63,240 nucleotides of DNA, filler included, from Lenisia limosa (GCA_001655205.1; 5 parts of 5 records of this genome joined end to end with filler, not necessarily neighbours in it); one strand, 5' to 3'. Shown: positions 14,419-28,523, counted from the first letter of the whole stretch. Notes: generated by a model not told the origin, from the letters alone. Numbers and translations are program-made.

Positions 14419-14964
14419 TGTCCGATCAACACCAAAAACCTCCTTTTCCCTCTATATTGCTTCTTTTTGTTGCTGTATAAACTCAATAAACAGAAAGAAA
14501 GCAAGTTTTAGAGTTGTGGGGGGGGGGTGAGGGAGGAAAGGGGAATGCACTGGTCCCCTGCTTGCTATGCCAGGCTTCTTCTCTCTCCTGTATTTCAAAA
14601 ATAACTTTCTCGCTCGAAAAATGACCTGGCTTCCTGCGTTTCTTTAATCTTTCTCCTTCCCTCCGCTCCGTTTTTTAGCCCCCTATAAAGCTGCGCCGCC
14701 GAAGGTACACCCCTTTTTCTCGGGTTACTTTTTTTTTTATTTTGGTATTTATATATTTATATGCTGTTATATTATTATTCAATTTATTAAGAAGTTATTT
14801 ACCCAAACCTGGCTATATCACTTCAGAGTCACCCCCCCCTCCCCCTCTCACCAATTTGGAAAGCTATTCTTCAATCTCTCCTAAAGCCCAAAAGACAATC
14901 CTAGTCTTCAGAATCGTGAACATAGAAGATCTAGACACTTTCTAGTCTGAGAAGTGTTCAGAAT

Positions 14965-16371
14965 GCCAAGGGCTTCCCTATCCGAGCAAGGGCTCTACCC
15001 ATCATCCTCATCCTACAAAACGCGCAGTATGGCCAGTGGTGGTGATGGGCATGATGCAGCCTCCCTTATATATGGCGACGCCACCCCCCATCATCAGCAG
15101 CAGCCGGGGAAAAGGAGTGGATTGTCTTCGCAAGGGCTGTTTCCTGCGTCGTCAAGGTGAGTGGCGCTTGGTGGAATGTAATTCCCGGAGATATAATTTA
15201 TATATCGATATAGGATACTATTTTTATATTGTATTTAATATATCATATGAAATACTATATTATACATGTACGTGTAATATATATGATCGATATACAATAT
15301 TAAATGTAGCTATTATACCAAGGGAACAAGGTATACCATGTTCTTTTATTCATGGTTCCTCGCATCTGTTATCTGGTCACCATAACGGTTTAGCTATGCA
15401 CCAAAAAGCTCTGCATCTAATTCCCCAATCCTTCCTTTTGGAAACCAAGGTTAGTATCATAATGGGATGGTTCTAAATAGGCACCACTACCAGACTTTTC
15501 ATTGCGACAATTCGACTTGATGACTTTGCAGTGCGCATTATTCTATAGGGGCAGAATATATGAAAGCAGAGGAGAAGAAGCCAGTTGAGCAAAAGAGTAG
15601 CAAGCCTGAAAATAAACAGCCCGAGGCAGTTTCAGTCCCGGTTGAGGAGTCAATTGCAGGTAAGTGATTATGCAGAGTGGTGGGCAACATATATAAGTAA
15701 CGAATCTCAGACCTATGCGGAGCAATGAGTCGTATTCACGTAGTCCACGATGTAGCCCCCCCTTCCCCTGGTAAGCCTGTTACATATTACTTGATTTTCT
15801 ATTTCCAAGTCATTTGTTAGAGGACATGCAGCAAGACTCGCCTCAAAAACCTGTTGCTGTGGAAAAAGCGTAAGCTGTTCAATCGCTTATCAATCTTATT
15901 GTTGTTTGTTCTATATAATTGTTTTTTGTAAGAGTGCAGCATAGTATTTTTAGACTATTGAATTTGTTTTATATCCGCCAGGAAAACACAGCCCAAAACT
16001 GTAAAAACACCGACACGGACGACCAGTTCAACAAGCACAAAACCAACAGGTCGGTCCAAAGACCGTAGAGCTCTGGATTATGATGATTCACAATCGGAAA
16101 TATCACCGTATTTAAAAGAAGCAATAAAATACCCGATTTATGTATTTTGGGTGTAGATTGATTCGAATTATTTCTCATGAATTATTTGTTAGATCTCCTT
16201 TTCCTCAACCGTTAATTGCTATGACCCCAGGAGCCAAAGTGACATCAGGAACTAAAGTGGCGGCAAAGACATCAGGAGCACGACCCGCGAGACCCGCTGA
16301 TACGAAGACCACAACAGCAACAAGAGGGGCAGCAGCCTTTGCTCGCGGGCGCACAACTACAAGTTGGCATC
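14965..16371 (+). CDS. Hypothetical low-complexity (Ser/Pro/Lys/Thr-rich) protein, 5' part, cut by the scaffold end
   Basis: ATG at 14965 (MPRASLSEQGLYP...), GC-richer exons with GT/AG boundaries at about 15155, 15549-15659, 15707-15770, 15820-15870 and 16192-16371. No recognisable domain. Confidence 0.55.
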
Positions 16372-16447
16372 TTTGACTGCTTTCCATATTGCTTTTCCTT
16401 GTGTCGTGTGACTGTCTTCTTCCCAAATTGCTTTTCCTTGTGTCGTG

Positions 16448-16547
16448 NNNNNNNNNNNNNNNNNNNNNNNNNNNNNNNNNNNNNNNNNNNNTTAATTAAT
16501 TAANNNNNNNNNNNNNNNNNNNNNNNNNNNNNNNNNNNNNNNNNNNN
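16448..16547. other. Artificial scaffold linker (44N-TTAATTAATTAA-44N)
   Basis: Exactly 100 bp with a six-frame-stop 12-mer at 16492-16503; the same structure occurs four times. Confidence 0.97.
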
Positions 16548-17554
16548 CTTCAAGAAATGGAAAATGGTGAGCAAATGTATTCCTTTTTATTGTTACCATT
16601 CAATTTTTTTTGGTGCGCCACTGCTCGACTAGATTACCATGACTCTATAAGATCTTATCAGCACTATTACTCATCGTAATATCCTCTTTCAGAGTTCACA
16701 AAGCTCTACACCAGTCAGTTTTCGAACCGAAATGTCAAGTGGCTGCATCACTTTGATACGTTTGAGCTTCGCTTCAATACATCAGCCCCACAGCCGTATC
16801 TGTTGTTGACCTCTTCGGCCCAGGCCGTCATTCTCCTGGCATTTAACTCCGTGCCCAGCAGGACTGTGGAGGACTTGGAGCAAGAGTCTGGGCTAACAGT
16901 TTCTGTTGTTCAAACTCTGTTGAAGGTGGGTCACCTTAATGCTAATTTCGATCATTCATACTTTTCTTCATTAGTGGAAATAAGCTTCCATATCTGTAAC
17001 AGTTTAGACCTTAAGCGAAAAAATTGGTGTGCTGAAGTACGTTGATGGAGCCTATCAATCCAATCTCTCTTTCAAATCAAAAAAGAGGAAGCTGACTCTG
17101 AACCCACCGAAAAGGTTGGTATTAAGAACAAAGTCCCTTCCACCACCATCCAAGACCGGTCATGTTTAACTATAGCAGGACCCTTGCAAACAGCCATGTT
17201 TAACTCTAGCAGGACCCTTGCAAACAGGAAGAAGGACATTGACCTTGATCGCGGTCTTGTGGTGGAAGCTGGTATTGTACGTGTCATGAAAGCAAGACAA
17301 ACCCTCAATCACAGGGACCTCTTCCAAGAAACTGCTGAAACGGTATGGCTGAATCGGAAGTGTTATTTTAAAGACCTTTTTTTATTCTCTATGAAAATCA
17401 CGTTTTCCCACTTGACAAGTTTTTTTATCTGATTGTTCAGCTCCTTTCCCGTTTCCCTCTCACACAGACAATGTTCAAAAAGTCTCTTGAGAATCTGATA
17501 ACAAGGGACTTTCTTGAAAGAACAGATGAGGAAACTTATGTCTATATTTCTTAG
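16548..17554 (+). CDS. Cullin, C-terminal part (cullin homology + neddylation domain), 5' end missing
   Basis: FTKLYTSQFSNRNVKWLHHFDTFEL; SFKSKKRKLTL; DIDLDRGLVVEAGIVRVMKARQTLNH (Nedd8-acceptor Lys motif); FKKSLENLITRDFLERTDEETYVYIS* with TAG at 17552-17554. Confidence 0.93.
17161..17228 (+). repeat. 34-bp tandem duplication covering a cullin 3' splice site
   Basis: catgtttaactatagcaggacccttgcaaacagc (17161-17194) and catgtttaactctagcaggacccttgcaaacagg (17195-17228). Confidence 0.9.
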
Positions 17555-17896
17555 TGTGGTGTTGTTTTTATCATTTTTTTGTTTCCAAGTTTCTTGTTTT
17601 GTATATATTATTTTTGGCAGGATATCAAATTCAATGAGGATTCTTAATAGTAGAGTAGTAGCCTGATAGCCTGATATTAAGATATTAATCGAATTTTTGA
17701 TCAAACCTAAGAGGAATTTGTTGGTTTGGCAAACGGACCGGAGTGGAAGGCGCGGTGTTTGGGAATGCAAAAAAAAACCACAACGTACAACCTACAGTGC
17801 TACACACGGCAACTCTCCAGCTACTCTTCACACACAATAAAGCGCCCTATGAAGAACCGGTAACTGCGCCTTGCTTTCAAATTCGTGGGTCTTGCT

Positions 17897-20771
17897 ATGG
17901 TAAGTGGGTCTCTTTGGCTTTCTTACTCCCTAGTGAACAGTGATTTTACTAAATATGTGAATTTACTGACATAATTTCCTGTACTCGACTTGTTACCTTT
18001 TAGCCGGGTTTAGCAACTCCAGCTCCAGCAGTTATGGCGTCTACAAAGGACCATGCAACCGGGTTCCAAGACACGTTCGACACCACTCCTTCATCTATAT
18101 TTGCTGAAGATGAATCGTCCAATTTCCCTGGATTCTCATCGCCTGGATCACAGGAGGTTTGTTGTTGAGGTGCCTATCATAAAGAGAGAATTCAACCTTT
18201 TCAATCGTGTTCATTCGATAGGTGTCCCCAAGAGAAATTGAGGTGGAACCACCGGTCGAAGTAACAGGTAAGCATAGATTTAGGGCAAAAAGAAATTGTG
18301 TTGAGAAGTGCTGTTTCACCTTTCTTCACCCAAGGAGGCACTTCCACTCAAGAGGAACTCGACAATGATATGCAGCCCATTACAGCGCCTTCAACGATGG
18401 TACCCGAAAGAACTGTTCCCGTGGTGAGAAGGTGTCAGTTTGATTCTCGTCTGCTTCAGGGTAGAAAGGGCATGTTGGCGTAGCCGTTTCACTTGATCAG
18501 AGAATGCCTACAGTAGATTTGCATGCCGGTACGCTGTCATCAGTAATGGCTGCAACTTTCAACTTGACAAATACTGTCGTGGGTCTGGGTTTTCAAGTTT
18601 TTTGTTTTTACAACAAAGCAATGCAGAATATCACATATTCTAGGTGGGAGCTGGAGTGCTTGCACTTCCATTTGTGTTAAGCGTAACTGGTGGGTGAGAG
18701 GAAATGTTATTTTTCTTCTTCTCTTTTCGGATTTTCTGACACATTGGTAATTAATTTCTTTCAATTAAAGGGATTGACCTGAATTTTTGACTATTATATT
18801 AAAATCAAAATATTAACTAATAAAGGCAATTTGTTGGGTTTTTTTTCAAAATTCAACGTGGGGGGACAACCACCTATTTTCAGGCATCTAACCATTCTGG
18901 GCAGGATTTTTGGTTAGTGTTTGTCAAGAATTATGAAATCATGATATTCAAGGTGTACTTTGTGGAGTGACAATGTTGGGAGCAGTGGCTCTTTTGTCGT
19001 ATTATGCGCTCAATATTTTGGCACATGCAGGGCAAAGATGCAATATCTTCTCGTATAAAGTATGTGGTACTGTATCATATTTCCCTGTTCCTCACTTGTT
19101 ACTCTGACTTTCAAGGGTCTTGTTGTACATTCTTATGGGAAAATGGCAGGAGACATTTTTCAGGTTTGTATTTCTTTTTCGGTTCACTTACAATCATTTT
19201 TCAGACAGCGATCCTCTTCTTCAGTTGTGTAAGCTTGTTCTTGGTTTTGGTCTTCTATGATGGGGATATTTGGTTTTGACAATTCAGGGTACTTGTGTTG
19301 CGTATTTTGACTTCCTTTCAGAGTTCATACACTCCATTCTTGACTTGTAGGTGAAAAAAAAACATATTTCACAATACTATTAACTAATGTTTAGTTACGA
19401 TATAACGTTGCCACGAGGATTGCTAATTGTGGTTATTGGAATTGCGCTTCTTCCAATGGTATCAATACGAAACGTTGCCAGTTTAGGAATGGCATCATTC
19501 CTGGCGGTTTCTTGCGTTGCGTTTGCTCTTTGTAAGTTGAAGTTTAATGGAGCAATATGACTCTTCAGTTGTTCTTTTCTTTGACCTTTTCAATGAGGGT
19601 ATTGCCCCATCAATCAATTGGGTTGTCAGCATCACCCCAGAGTTTCTCCTTGCCTTCCCTATATTGTCACTAGCCTTTTCAGGTAGGAGAAGCACTTTTT
19701 GGACCCAATGTAAAACCCTTTTTTCACTACTTCAGCACAGTTTAATATTCTGCCAATCTTCAAGTCGCTGAAAAACCGTACATTTGATAATATTCAAACA
19801 GTAATCAATTCAACATCATCAATTACGTTGGCCCTCTACGCTGGTGGGTTATTGTTTCCAATGAAATATAAGAGTCATAATGTTGTTTTGTCCTCAGCCT
19901 GTAGCTTTTGGTCTTAGTGGGTATTTGACGTACGGAGATGACACTGAGGGTAATGTGACCGAAAACTTTAGTAATTCCAGCATTATTGCCCTTGTAGCAA
20001 GGTATGGAGAAACTTCATTTGTGTGGACATAGTGACTCTCAAGGGTTGGTCTCACGGTGACGCTGTACCTGTCATATCCTGTTATTTTCTTTGCCGCTCG
20101 TGAGAGTACTAATTTGGTGTTCTTCCCAAATAAGCCTCCTCTTTACAGACGTGATTTGGTACGATGTCCATATTCAATGCTCACTATCAGATTATTGCAT
20201 ACACTGGAGTATTTGTAACAGGTAAATTTGGGAAAATACTACAATTCTGTTGTAATTTGAGTTTTGTATAATCCTGTATATTATTGCGTCGCTTTTATGA
20301 TCGGATATATAACATAATATCATATTCATAGTATAATATAATACAGCTAGTATCTATACTATACTATTTATATTTTCATACTACGATATGATACAATTAT
20401 ATGATAGTGACAGCCTGTAGGGTTGTTGGCCTACCTGATCCCTGACATTTCTGTGGTATTGGCATTCAATGGAGCCGCGTTTGGGCAGGTTGGTTTATTT
20501 TTATTTTTTATGATTACGATGTGCCAATTACATCCAAGATAACTAACCCTCTAGATGGTAGTGTCCATTGGACCAGGGTTGATAGCACGGCGATTACTTC
20601 ACGACACTCCTCATGCCAAATACGCCAATCTCTTGATTGCCATTGGTGTTGTTCTGGGTGTGGCTGGAATGGTAGGATACAGCAGCTGCCGAGTGTTAAC
20701 TCATTGTGCAGGTGATGGCTGTGTTGAAGATGCTTGGTACTGAGGGAGCTGCCCATCATGGTGGCGGCTAA
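17897..20771 (+). CDS. Amino-acid transporter, Aa_trans (SLC38/SLC36/AVT-like) family
   Basis: ATG|gtaagt, then PGLATPAP...; SSVMAATFNLTNTV|VGAGVLALPFVLSVTG; LLPMVSIRNVASLG; GYLTYGDDTEGNVTENF; TLYLSYPVIFFAARES; IPDISVVLAFNGAAFG. Stop TAA at 20769-20771. Confidence 0.9.
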
Positions 20772-20900
20772 CGAGATAGGAGTAGTGTTTTTGATTATTT
20801 ATTACATGCAATGATAGTTTAGAATAACTTGGTGACACTCAAAAATTAAAATTCATAACAAAAATACACATAATACTACAACATAAAAACCCCTGACCCA

Positions 20901-22463
20901 TCATGAAAGAAGAGCAGTGATATTTGCTGGTGTCTCAGGGTCGTTGAAGTGTTTTGAAGTGAACCTGAGAAGTAAGTTACCAAAAACGGTGGTTCAACGC
21001 TCCAACATACTTGATAGTGTTGATGAGGTTCGACGTATCTGTTCTGGCCTTGAGTGTGTTGACACAGGGCTTGATATGGATGGGGGACTTCTTCACAAAG
21101 GCACCTACATGATGAATGTGATCTGCGCAAATGTACGCCAAAATTAAATCCGAACCTTCAGGGGCCACATGGTCGAAAAGAACAATACAGGCGGTCATGG
21201 CTCGGAGACAGAAGAGGTTCATTTCATCATCTGTGTACCTACATATGTTGTAAAAAGTGAAGCATGTCTATCTGGATATCACATCATTTGGTATTTACTA
21301 ACTTTTTCTTTTCTACCATAGAGTAGCAGATGTTTGCGATATTGGAGAGCGCAGAGAGAAGGTCAGAGGCCTGAACTTCGGACTATTGCAGTCAGAATAA
21401 CATCATTGGCACAGATAAAGTCTCTTTTGCTCACCGTTGGGAAGGCAGTGGTGACAACGTCAACAATACATTTGGTCATGGGGGTAGGGTAGGCGTAGAA
21501 AAGGGACATTCTGTACAATTAGAAGAAAGGTCTGTAAAGGCTTTTCCAAAGGCTCCAGTCCAACCTGTTGGCAAGCTCTTCATCAATAGTGAGCTCGGAC
21601 TCTCTGTTGTTGATCTTGAATTTTGAGAGCTGGCGGCGATAATAAGAGAAATCGTTCTGGATTCCTGCGTTGGACATCTACAAACAGTAAATATGCGTCT
21701 ATTAAATTTCATGATTTCAGACCTTCAAATCATCAAATTGAAGAATAAAGTTGAGAATCTGACAAATTTGCTTTGTCAAAGATTGCACGGTTAGTAATGA
21801 CTCAGGCCCTTCTTGGCTTCTCACAGCAACAGCAGTGATCAATTCGCGGATCAAAGAATCTAAAGAGGTAATAAGTGGTATTCATTCCTCTTATATCCAT
21901 AATAAGTTCTCCTTTTGTGTTTCATGTATAATTACCTGAGAATCTCCACATGATGCCAACACCTACCAATTTCGGTAGAGAACAAATAGAAGTCCTTGAG
22001 AATATTAACATGGGGGACAATGGCCTCCCAGGCTGTTGAGTGTGCCTCCTCGGTGTTGTCTGTAATAGACTGCAGTGTCAATTCAAAATAAAAGAAAAAA
22101 AAGAATAGGAGACAATACTCACTTTTCTGATTAGTTCTCCACATCCAATGTAGTTCTGGAGTTGAATGATGATCTCGGGAGCAAGGTTCAGTTTTTCAGA
22201 AGCCTTGTTGAAAAGATCAGCCTCTTGTTCTGTAGGAGAAGGATCTGGAGAGTAAAGGGCAAAAGGAGTCTTCTAACACATCGCAGAAATTTCGTTAATT
22301 GAGGAAAACTGAAATTTCGTTTTAAAACATCCCAAATATAAATAACAAAGTGTGATTTATTTATTAGGGCGAAATTTGAGAACATAGCACCAGTAAACTT
22401 ACTGTTGAAATCGACAAAGACATCAAGAGCCTCCTGCTTGGGTCCAGAGAGGAGGTTTCCCAT
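20901..22463 (-). CDS. CYRI: CYRI/FAM49 Rac1-interacting protein (DUF1394)
   Basis: [20 protein letters not shown] (myristoylation-type N-terminus); [25 protein letters not shown]; [18 protein letters not shown]; [17 protein letters not shown] aligns with the FAM49 C-terminus. Confidence 0.92.
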
Positions 22464-22863
22464 TTTGAATCGATGTCACCCAACTAGATATCATCAGGAC
22501 TACTCAATATCATCAGAGGTTTGACGGAATGAAAGTTTGAAAATTTCGATTCCTATCCTTCATAAATTTACAACAACACTCCCTTTGTGGAAGAACTTAT
22601 CATTCACGAAAAAAAAGTAAACGCATTATAAAGGAATTTTGCAAACTTACTATATAAGAACTGTCAAAGTGATCACACAAGACTATAAGCAACACAAATT
22701 AAGCAAATTGAGGTGTTTTTTTGGATTTTGTTTTTTTGTTTTATACTGTACCTGTGTTATACACTTTGAAGGTCCGCAGAATATATTCTACCCCGTGTGT
22801 TCGCCCAAAAAAGCAACAAAAAGGAGCGCCAAACCAGCCAAACTTCAAAACTACGCTGTTATT

Positions 22864-25800
22864 ATGAATTTTTTGACAGTGCAGTTTGCACTTCTGCTTA
22901 TATGTTCACTGTTACTATCTTCAGTGTTTTGTCATCTTCCGCGTTTGACTCCTAGTGGCTCCAACTACATTGATAATAAAGGTTTGAATTGATTTAAAGT
23001 ACTGATGAAGTGTCAGCGATCCATAGTCTGAACAAAAATTGTTGTTTTTTATAAAAACTCCAATCAGTAGATTCTTCTTATCCTTCCCGTAGGCCGTAAT
23101 GTTGTATTTCATGGAGTCAACGTCGTATACAAGGTTTGTTACCAAGTTAATGATATAATCGAACTCTTCCTTTCTATTCGGGTGTGCGTGAAATTTTCTG
23201 TTTCACTTGCTTTAGTTGAACCCATTCCTACCTCCTGCCGATATCCCAACAAACACTATGTTGGTTAGGTCAAAAATATGAATACGTATTCTCAATTCAT
23301 TTCATCCCTAACATTTCAGAGATAGTTTCACTGATGAGGATATTGACTTCCTTGCTTCTCTTGGTTTCAATGTGGTACACAGGGATAGCAGGGGGTGTGG
23401 TCGGCTAATCTTTTTGATTGAGTTTATTCTAAATATTTAAACTATATTTTAGGACGATATTATCCTTAATAGTGTCTGCGGTTTTATCAATGTTTCTAAT
23501 TGAATTTCAACCTCTTGAAGTTACATTGTAGGTTCGCCTTGGTGTTCTTTGGAACGCAGTTCAGGTGAGGATGTAATGATTGCGTCATAATATTATCTTG
23601 GTTTGGAAGATTTATAATTTGGTTCAATAAGATAATAATCGACAGTTCCAATGCAGTTCTAACCCTTCAGCCAACACCTGGACATGTGAACTACACCTAT
23701 CTCAGTGAAGCCAGGTGAGAACCGAGGCTACTGTATGATATATATACTATATAGTTTTATATGATAGTGTATTATTAGCAGAATATCATATTGAAATATC
23801 ATGATTGATAAGCTACGGCTTTTTGATACTTAAAAGACAAGATGTATTTTGACCCATTAGATCAATTGTTGATCGCCTTGAAACCCGGGGTATTTATACT
23901 ATGGTTGACTTCCATCAAGACCTTGGTCTTCGCGCGTGGTGTGGAGAGGGCGTATGAGGGCATATTAACTTTAAGAAGTTTTCAACTTACTAAAATTTTA
24001 AACTGCGTGAATCAAAGTGATTGTCACATATTAGCTTCCAGAACTGGCACACGAATGTGTTCAAGACATTGCAAAGGAACACCCATTTCCAACCCCTATG
24101 CTTCCTGAATATGAGTTAACACGTTGGTTTGGGTATAGTTTTGGCAGTGTATCTCTCTTGTTTTACAATTCATAGACGGACTTCCTGATTTGAAGAAATG
24201 CCTTGAATATAAGCCCTTCACCGACTACTATTATGCAAGAGTTGTGGTATGCTTGTAATGATATGATTTGCTTTTAGTGTTGTTATCTTTTTCTCCTTCA
24301 AAATATTATTGAGTTTTTGTGTTCTGATGTTTGCTTTTATTCAGTGGACTGCAGCATTCCAGCCTTGTTGTTTAAATATCAATAGGGAGCTGCGTTCCAG
24401 GCAATTTATGACAATAAATGTGGATTGTCGGATCATTTTGCCTTATCATGGGGTGCCGTCGCCGAGGTCATGACAGGATCGAATGCTGTTCTGGTGAGCC
24501 TCTTGTATACATAATTTTTTGTTGAATCAAAGTACCCATTGGCCCTGATGTTCCAAACAATAGTTTGAAGAGAATACCATGATATACAAAGACAGATTAA
24601 CTATTTGGGAGAACCATCCTTCAGTTTTAAATGGTAAGTTAATGATGAACATTTTTGGCATTAATGCTTCTTATTAACTTTTCAATTAGTTTTCACGCTT
24701 TTATTACACAGAGTCGTATTTTATTCTTATTATGATGATGGCTGAAGGGTCAGAGACCCTCGACTGTGCTAGGGTTATTTATAAACAAGATTATGGGGAA
24801 GTAGTAGTTAATGTTCAGTGAAATTCTTTGATTAATAATTTTGAATTTGTGTTTTATCTGTTGTTAACTGAGCAATAAATAGTTATGAAGACATAACTGT
24901 CACAATTTTTTAGATATATCTTCATCTCTTTTGTCCCTTTTCCCTCTCTCATTGTAGTAAGATGTTTTAAAGCTGGTGAAAGTTGCAATTTCTGGAAATA
25001 GTTTAAATATCTCAAATAACTGAACTATTCATCAGAAAACCTGCAGCCTCCTACCTCATTCATCTATCTCTAGGAAAGGGGCACTTTAGTTTCCATTTCA
25101 CTTCACCCCTCACAGGGCTACGACTTAATCAATGAGCCATGGGTTGGTGACATGTACGCGAACTTTAATGTAAGTGGCAAATAAAGTAATTTGTCTTTTA
25201 TCGTGCTCACATATCAGTCTGTTTACCCTGGATACGCTGATAAGCATTATCTCTATCCATTGTATAAGGTAAGCAAGCGCCACCGTCCTTTACTTGCAGA
25301 AAGCATCTGAGGCCATTCGGTCACACGACTCCGAAGGAATCATCTTTTTTGAACAGAACTTGATGCACAAGGACACCCCAGCCACCCAAGGGTGAGTTTT
25401 TAGAAAACCAGAATGTTTTTAAAAAATCAGGCATAATACATGGGGGTGGAGGGGGGGGGGGTAGTTGCTCTCAAAAAAACTCCAATTTACTCCTCGTTTC
25501 TTTTTTTTTTCATTCACACTTAGTTTCCCTGAAGCTCCTGATGCGCTGTCGGCATTTAGTTATCATGTCTACTGTCACAGAACCGACAGAGTCACTGCTG
25601 ATCCTATGTAGGCAATCTGAGACCAAGGTCTAGTATTACTATTATATACTGTTTATCATATATTTTGTGGGTCCTCAAAGCTCCGGACATCATTCAAAAT
25701 TCGCCGGACACATCAAAACTCCCGGACAGCTTGAAGTTGACACCTAATAGGCCATTGTTAGTGTTTTTTGAAAAACTACTTCGACAGATACATAGAGAAA

Positions 25801-28027
25801 TGGACCTCCTAATGTTCCCCAACTTTTTCTTTTCAATTTTGAGCAAATGTCAAAAATCCGTGAATTTGGTCTCCCGGGGGTCCCCCTTTTGCCTTTTCAC
25901 AGGATTTTTTCTCAGAATCTTACCCTCTTTTATTAAGAAACAAAAATTTGTACCCCTCGGAGTAATTGGTTCCGGGTTCCTCTTTGCTTTGGCTATGTAA
26001 TGGAGAAATTTGAGAGAAAAATGCTCAAAATAGCACTGTTGAAAGCGTAAACTTCCCCGGATAGTTGCCATATATTCCTTGAATATGGTCTTTTATTACG
26101 GTTTTTTGTGTTTTTGGCAGTATTTGGGCCTTAAACAGACGGCTTAGACACTTAATTTGATTTTGACCCGAAAATACATGTATAATATGAAATTGGCGTT
26201 TCATTCTTTGATTAAGACTAAAATTACTTTCAAAACAAAAGGGAAATAGGGTTAATGATGATTTTAGATGGAAAACTCAAGCTGTTCGGTGAATTTTGAA
26301 TGATATCTGGAGCTTTGACTATACAAACTGTATATCATATACTACTCCATTATCAGCCAAATGATTGGTTAATCTACAGCCTTTTTTCCGATTTATTCCA
26401 TTAATTGTTTTTTTTTTAAAGAAACAAATGACTATTCCTACTAAATAATAACCAAATCGAAAATCTTAAATTTCCATTATATCCGGGCCTTTTTTTTTTT
26501 GAAAAACTGGTCTTCTTAATGTTGTTGGTATTTGTCATTTTGTCCTAAATGATGGGAAAAGTTTGCGGAAGTAACATAACTTTTGTGACATTTTTTTTGT
26601 GATTTGAACACCACAAGTTGTAGAAAGTTCCTTACATGTCAAATCAGGAAAACATTTTGCATAAGTCGCAAAAAAGAATATCTACAATAATTTTCCTCAT
26701 TCATTTTTGAACTTAACTCAATTGCAACAGTCCTTCTTATCGGTTTTGCAGTTCTCCTAGTCTTTGCATGGCCATGGAGAAGATTTCGTTTAAGGAAGCG
26801 ATTAATGCTGGAGTAAGAGAGACATGTCCTTTTCTTTAGTGACAGTTATTTCTTCAAAGTTATAATTTTGCCTGTTTAGAAGAACCTGAACTGCCCAACG
26901 TTCTTAACCGAGTATGGCGCAATGTCTTCAAGTGACGTTGCAATTGAAACTCTTGAGATGTTCCTCGATATGAGTGTGCAGTTTACATACTATATACATA
27001 TCATTCATATCATATATTATACATGTACATATCATATGTAGTATACAATATTTGAAAGTGGGAGAGAATATATCCATATGTTTCAGTTTCGTGACGCAAT
27101 TGTCCATGGTAACTTTTTTTCATTTTCGTAGTTGATCAGGATCAAGAAAGCTGGGCATGGTGGCAGTTTAAGTACTTCCACGATTACACCACAGCATCAG
27201 GTTGGTCTTGATAAGTGCTTATTACATAATGTAATTATGTTAGTTTTCAAGCCTTTTAACATTAACAGACGTTGATGAATCGTTTTATAACCCGGATGGA
27301 ACTCTCCAAAAGAAGGTCTTGGTATGCTGAAAGAGTCTCGTTGAAAAATGTGATCCTATATTAATTATCTTTATTATCTTATTGAATTCACTTAGAACAG
27401 CATGTCTAGAAATTAATTGCATTCATTTTCTGCTTTTTGCACATGTTATTTTCTTGTTTGGCATAACATATATCATATTATACATATTACTACATATTAT
27501 ATCGAATTGTTAGCATCAATTAATCTTATTAGACTCTTGCTCGGCCGTACTTCCAGAATACCGACATGATCATCCACTCTACAACAGCAGATACGATTGA
27601 TAAAGAGTTTACCATTCGCCTCACGGTTTGCGATAGGGGTCGTTTGTTTTCTAAAATTACACGATACGTTTCTTCCCGATATTTTGACTTTGAGGAATCC
27701 CAATCTTCTATTGTAAGAACTATTAAGTAATTGTTTGTCATTAGACTGGATCACAAGGAGCATCATCAACCCTGGCAGCGAGTGCTTTGTGGTTCAAAGG
27801 AATGAAGCCAACCATTACATCCCTCAATAGTCATGTTTCTATTAAGGTGAGGAAGTTTGAAGAATATACTACTATGATATGGGAAGTAAATGTGACAGCG
27901 CAGTATTATTTCAGAAATATTATTCATTCCTTTGTTTATTTTGTAGAGTTTACCTGAAAATGATACTCTTTACGAAGTTACAACTCTTCACAGTAACTCT
28001 GAAGATGTTATTGTCCTCAAGCTCTAA
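22864..28027 (+). CDS. Secreted endoglycoceramidase-like glycoside hydrolase (GH5)
   Basis: Signal peptide MNFLTVQFALLLICSLLLSSVFC; GRNVVFHGVNVVYK; DEDIDFLASLGFNVVRLGVLWNAV; TMVDFHQDL...WCGEG; acid/base motif GYDLINEPW (~25113); FSYHVYC; nucleophile motif FLTEYG (~26905); WAWWQFKYF; TLARPYFQ; stop TAA at 28025-28027. Confidence 0.9.
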
Positions 28028-28147
28028 TATTATATATGCATTTTGTTTATCATGGTAATAATTCCTTATCTTCGCGAGAATAAAAATTGGGCGAGGCTTG
28101 AAGGACGCGAGACAAAAGAAGTCTCAAAAATTACATACAAAAAAATG

Positions 28148-28220
28148 CGCCCGATGTGGGGCTCGAACCCACGACCGTAGGATTAAGAGTCCTACGCTCT
28201 ACCAACTGAGCTAACCGGGC
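28148..28220 (-). tRNA. trnK-CUU: tRNA-Lys(CUU), intronless
   Basis: Reverse complement GCCCGGTTAGCTCAGTTGGTAGAGCGTAGGACTCTTAATCCTACGGTCGTGGGTTCGAGCCCCACATCGGGCG (73 nt). Cloverleaf stems pair, the anticodon is CTT, the T-loop has TTCGA, and an oligo-T Pol III terminator follows. Confidence 0.98.
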
Positions 28221-28523
28221 AATCGCATTGCACACTAATGGAGCTCCCAATCAAGTTTTTATACTTTGCCTTTTTCCAGTCCGGCCGCGTCCCGGCCCGA
28301 ATTCAAAATTACTCTTGGTTGAGGTATAATTGTTTCCTGACGGCTGAGCGTAGCCCTAGATTAAGAAGTATATATAGCTTTCAAATTTTTCGTTTGGTGA
28401 ATTTTGGAGAATAAGCACAGACGGTTTTTTCACGTGGCTAAGTAAGTATCGAAGGATTGAGAGCCAAAAATCCTTTAGACGCAGTGATTGATCATATTTT
28501 GTGTTTAATCCGCATCAGCCAAA

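Noticed and set aside
16492-16503. TTAATTAATTAA palindrome recurring four times
   Set aside because: Always centred in exactly 44 N on each side, so it is an assembly spacer.
25608-26760. 1.15-kb EGCase intron with several CCGGACA-like motifs (possible transposon remnant)
   Set aside because: No TIRs, TSD, ORF homology or second copy could be identified in the window.
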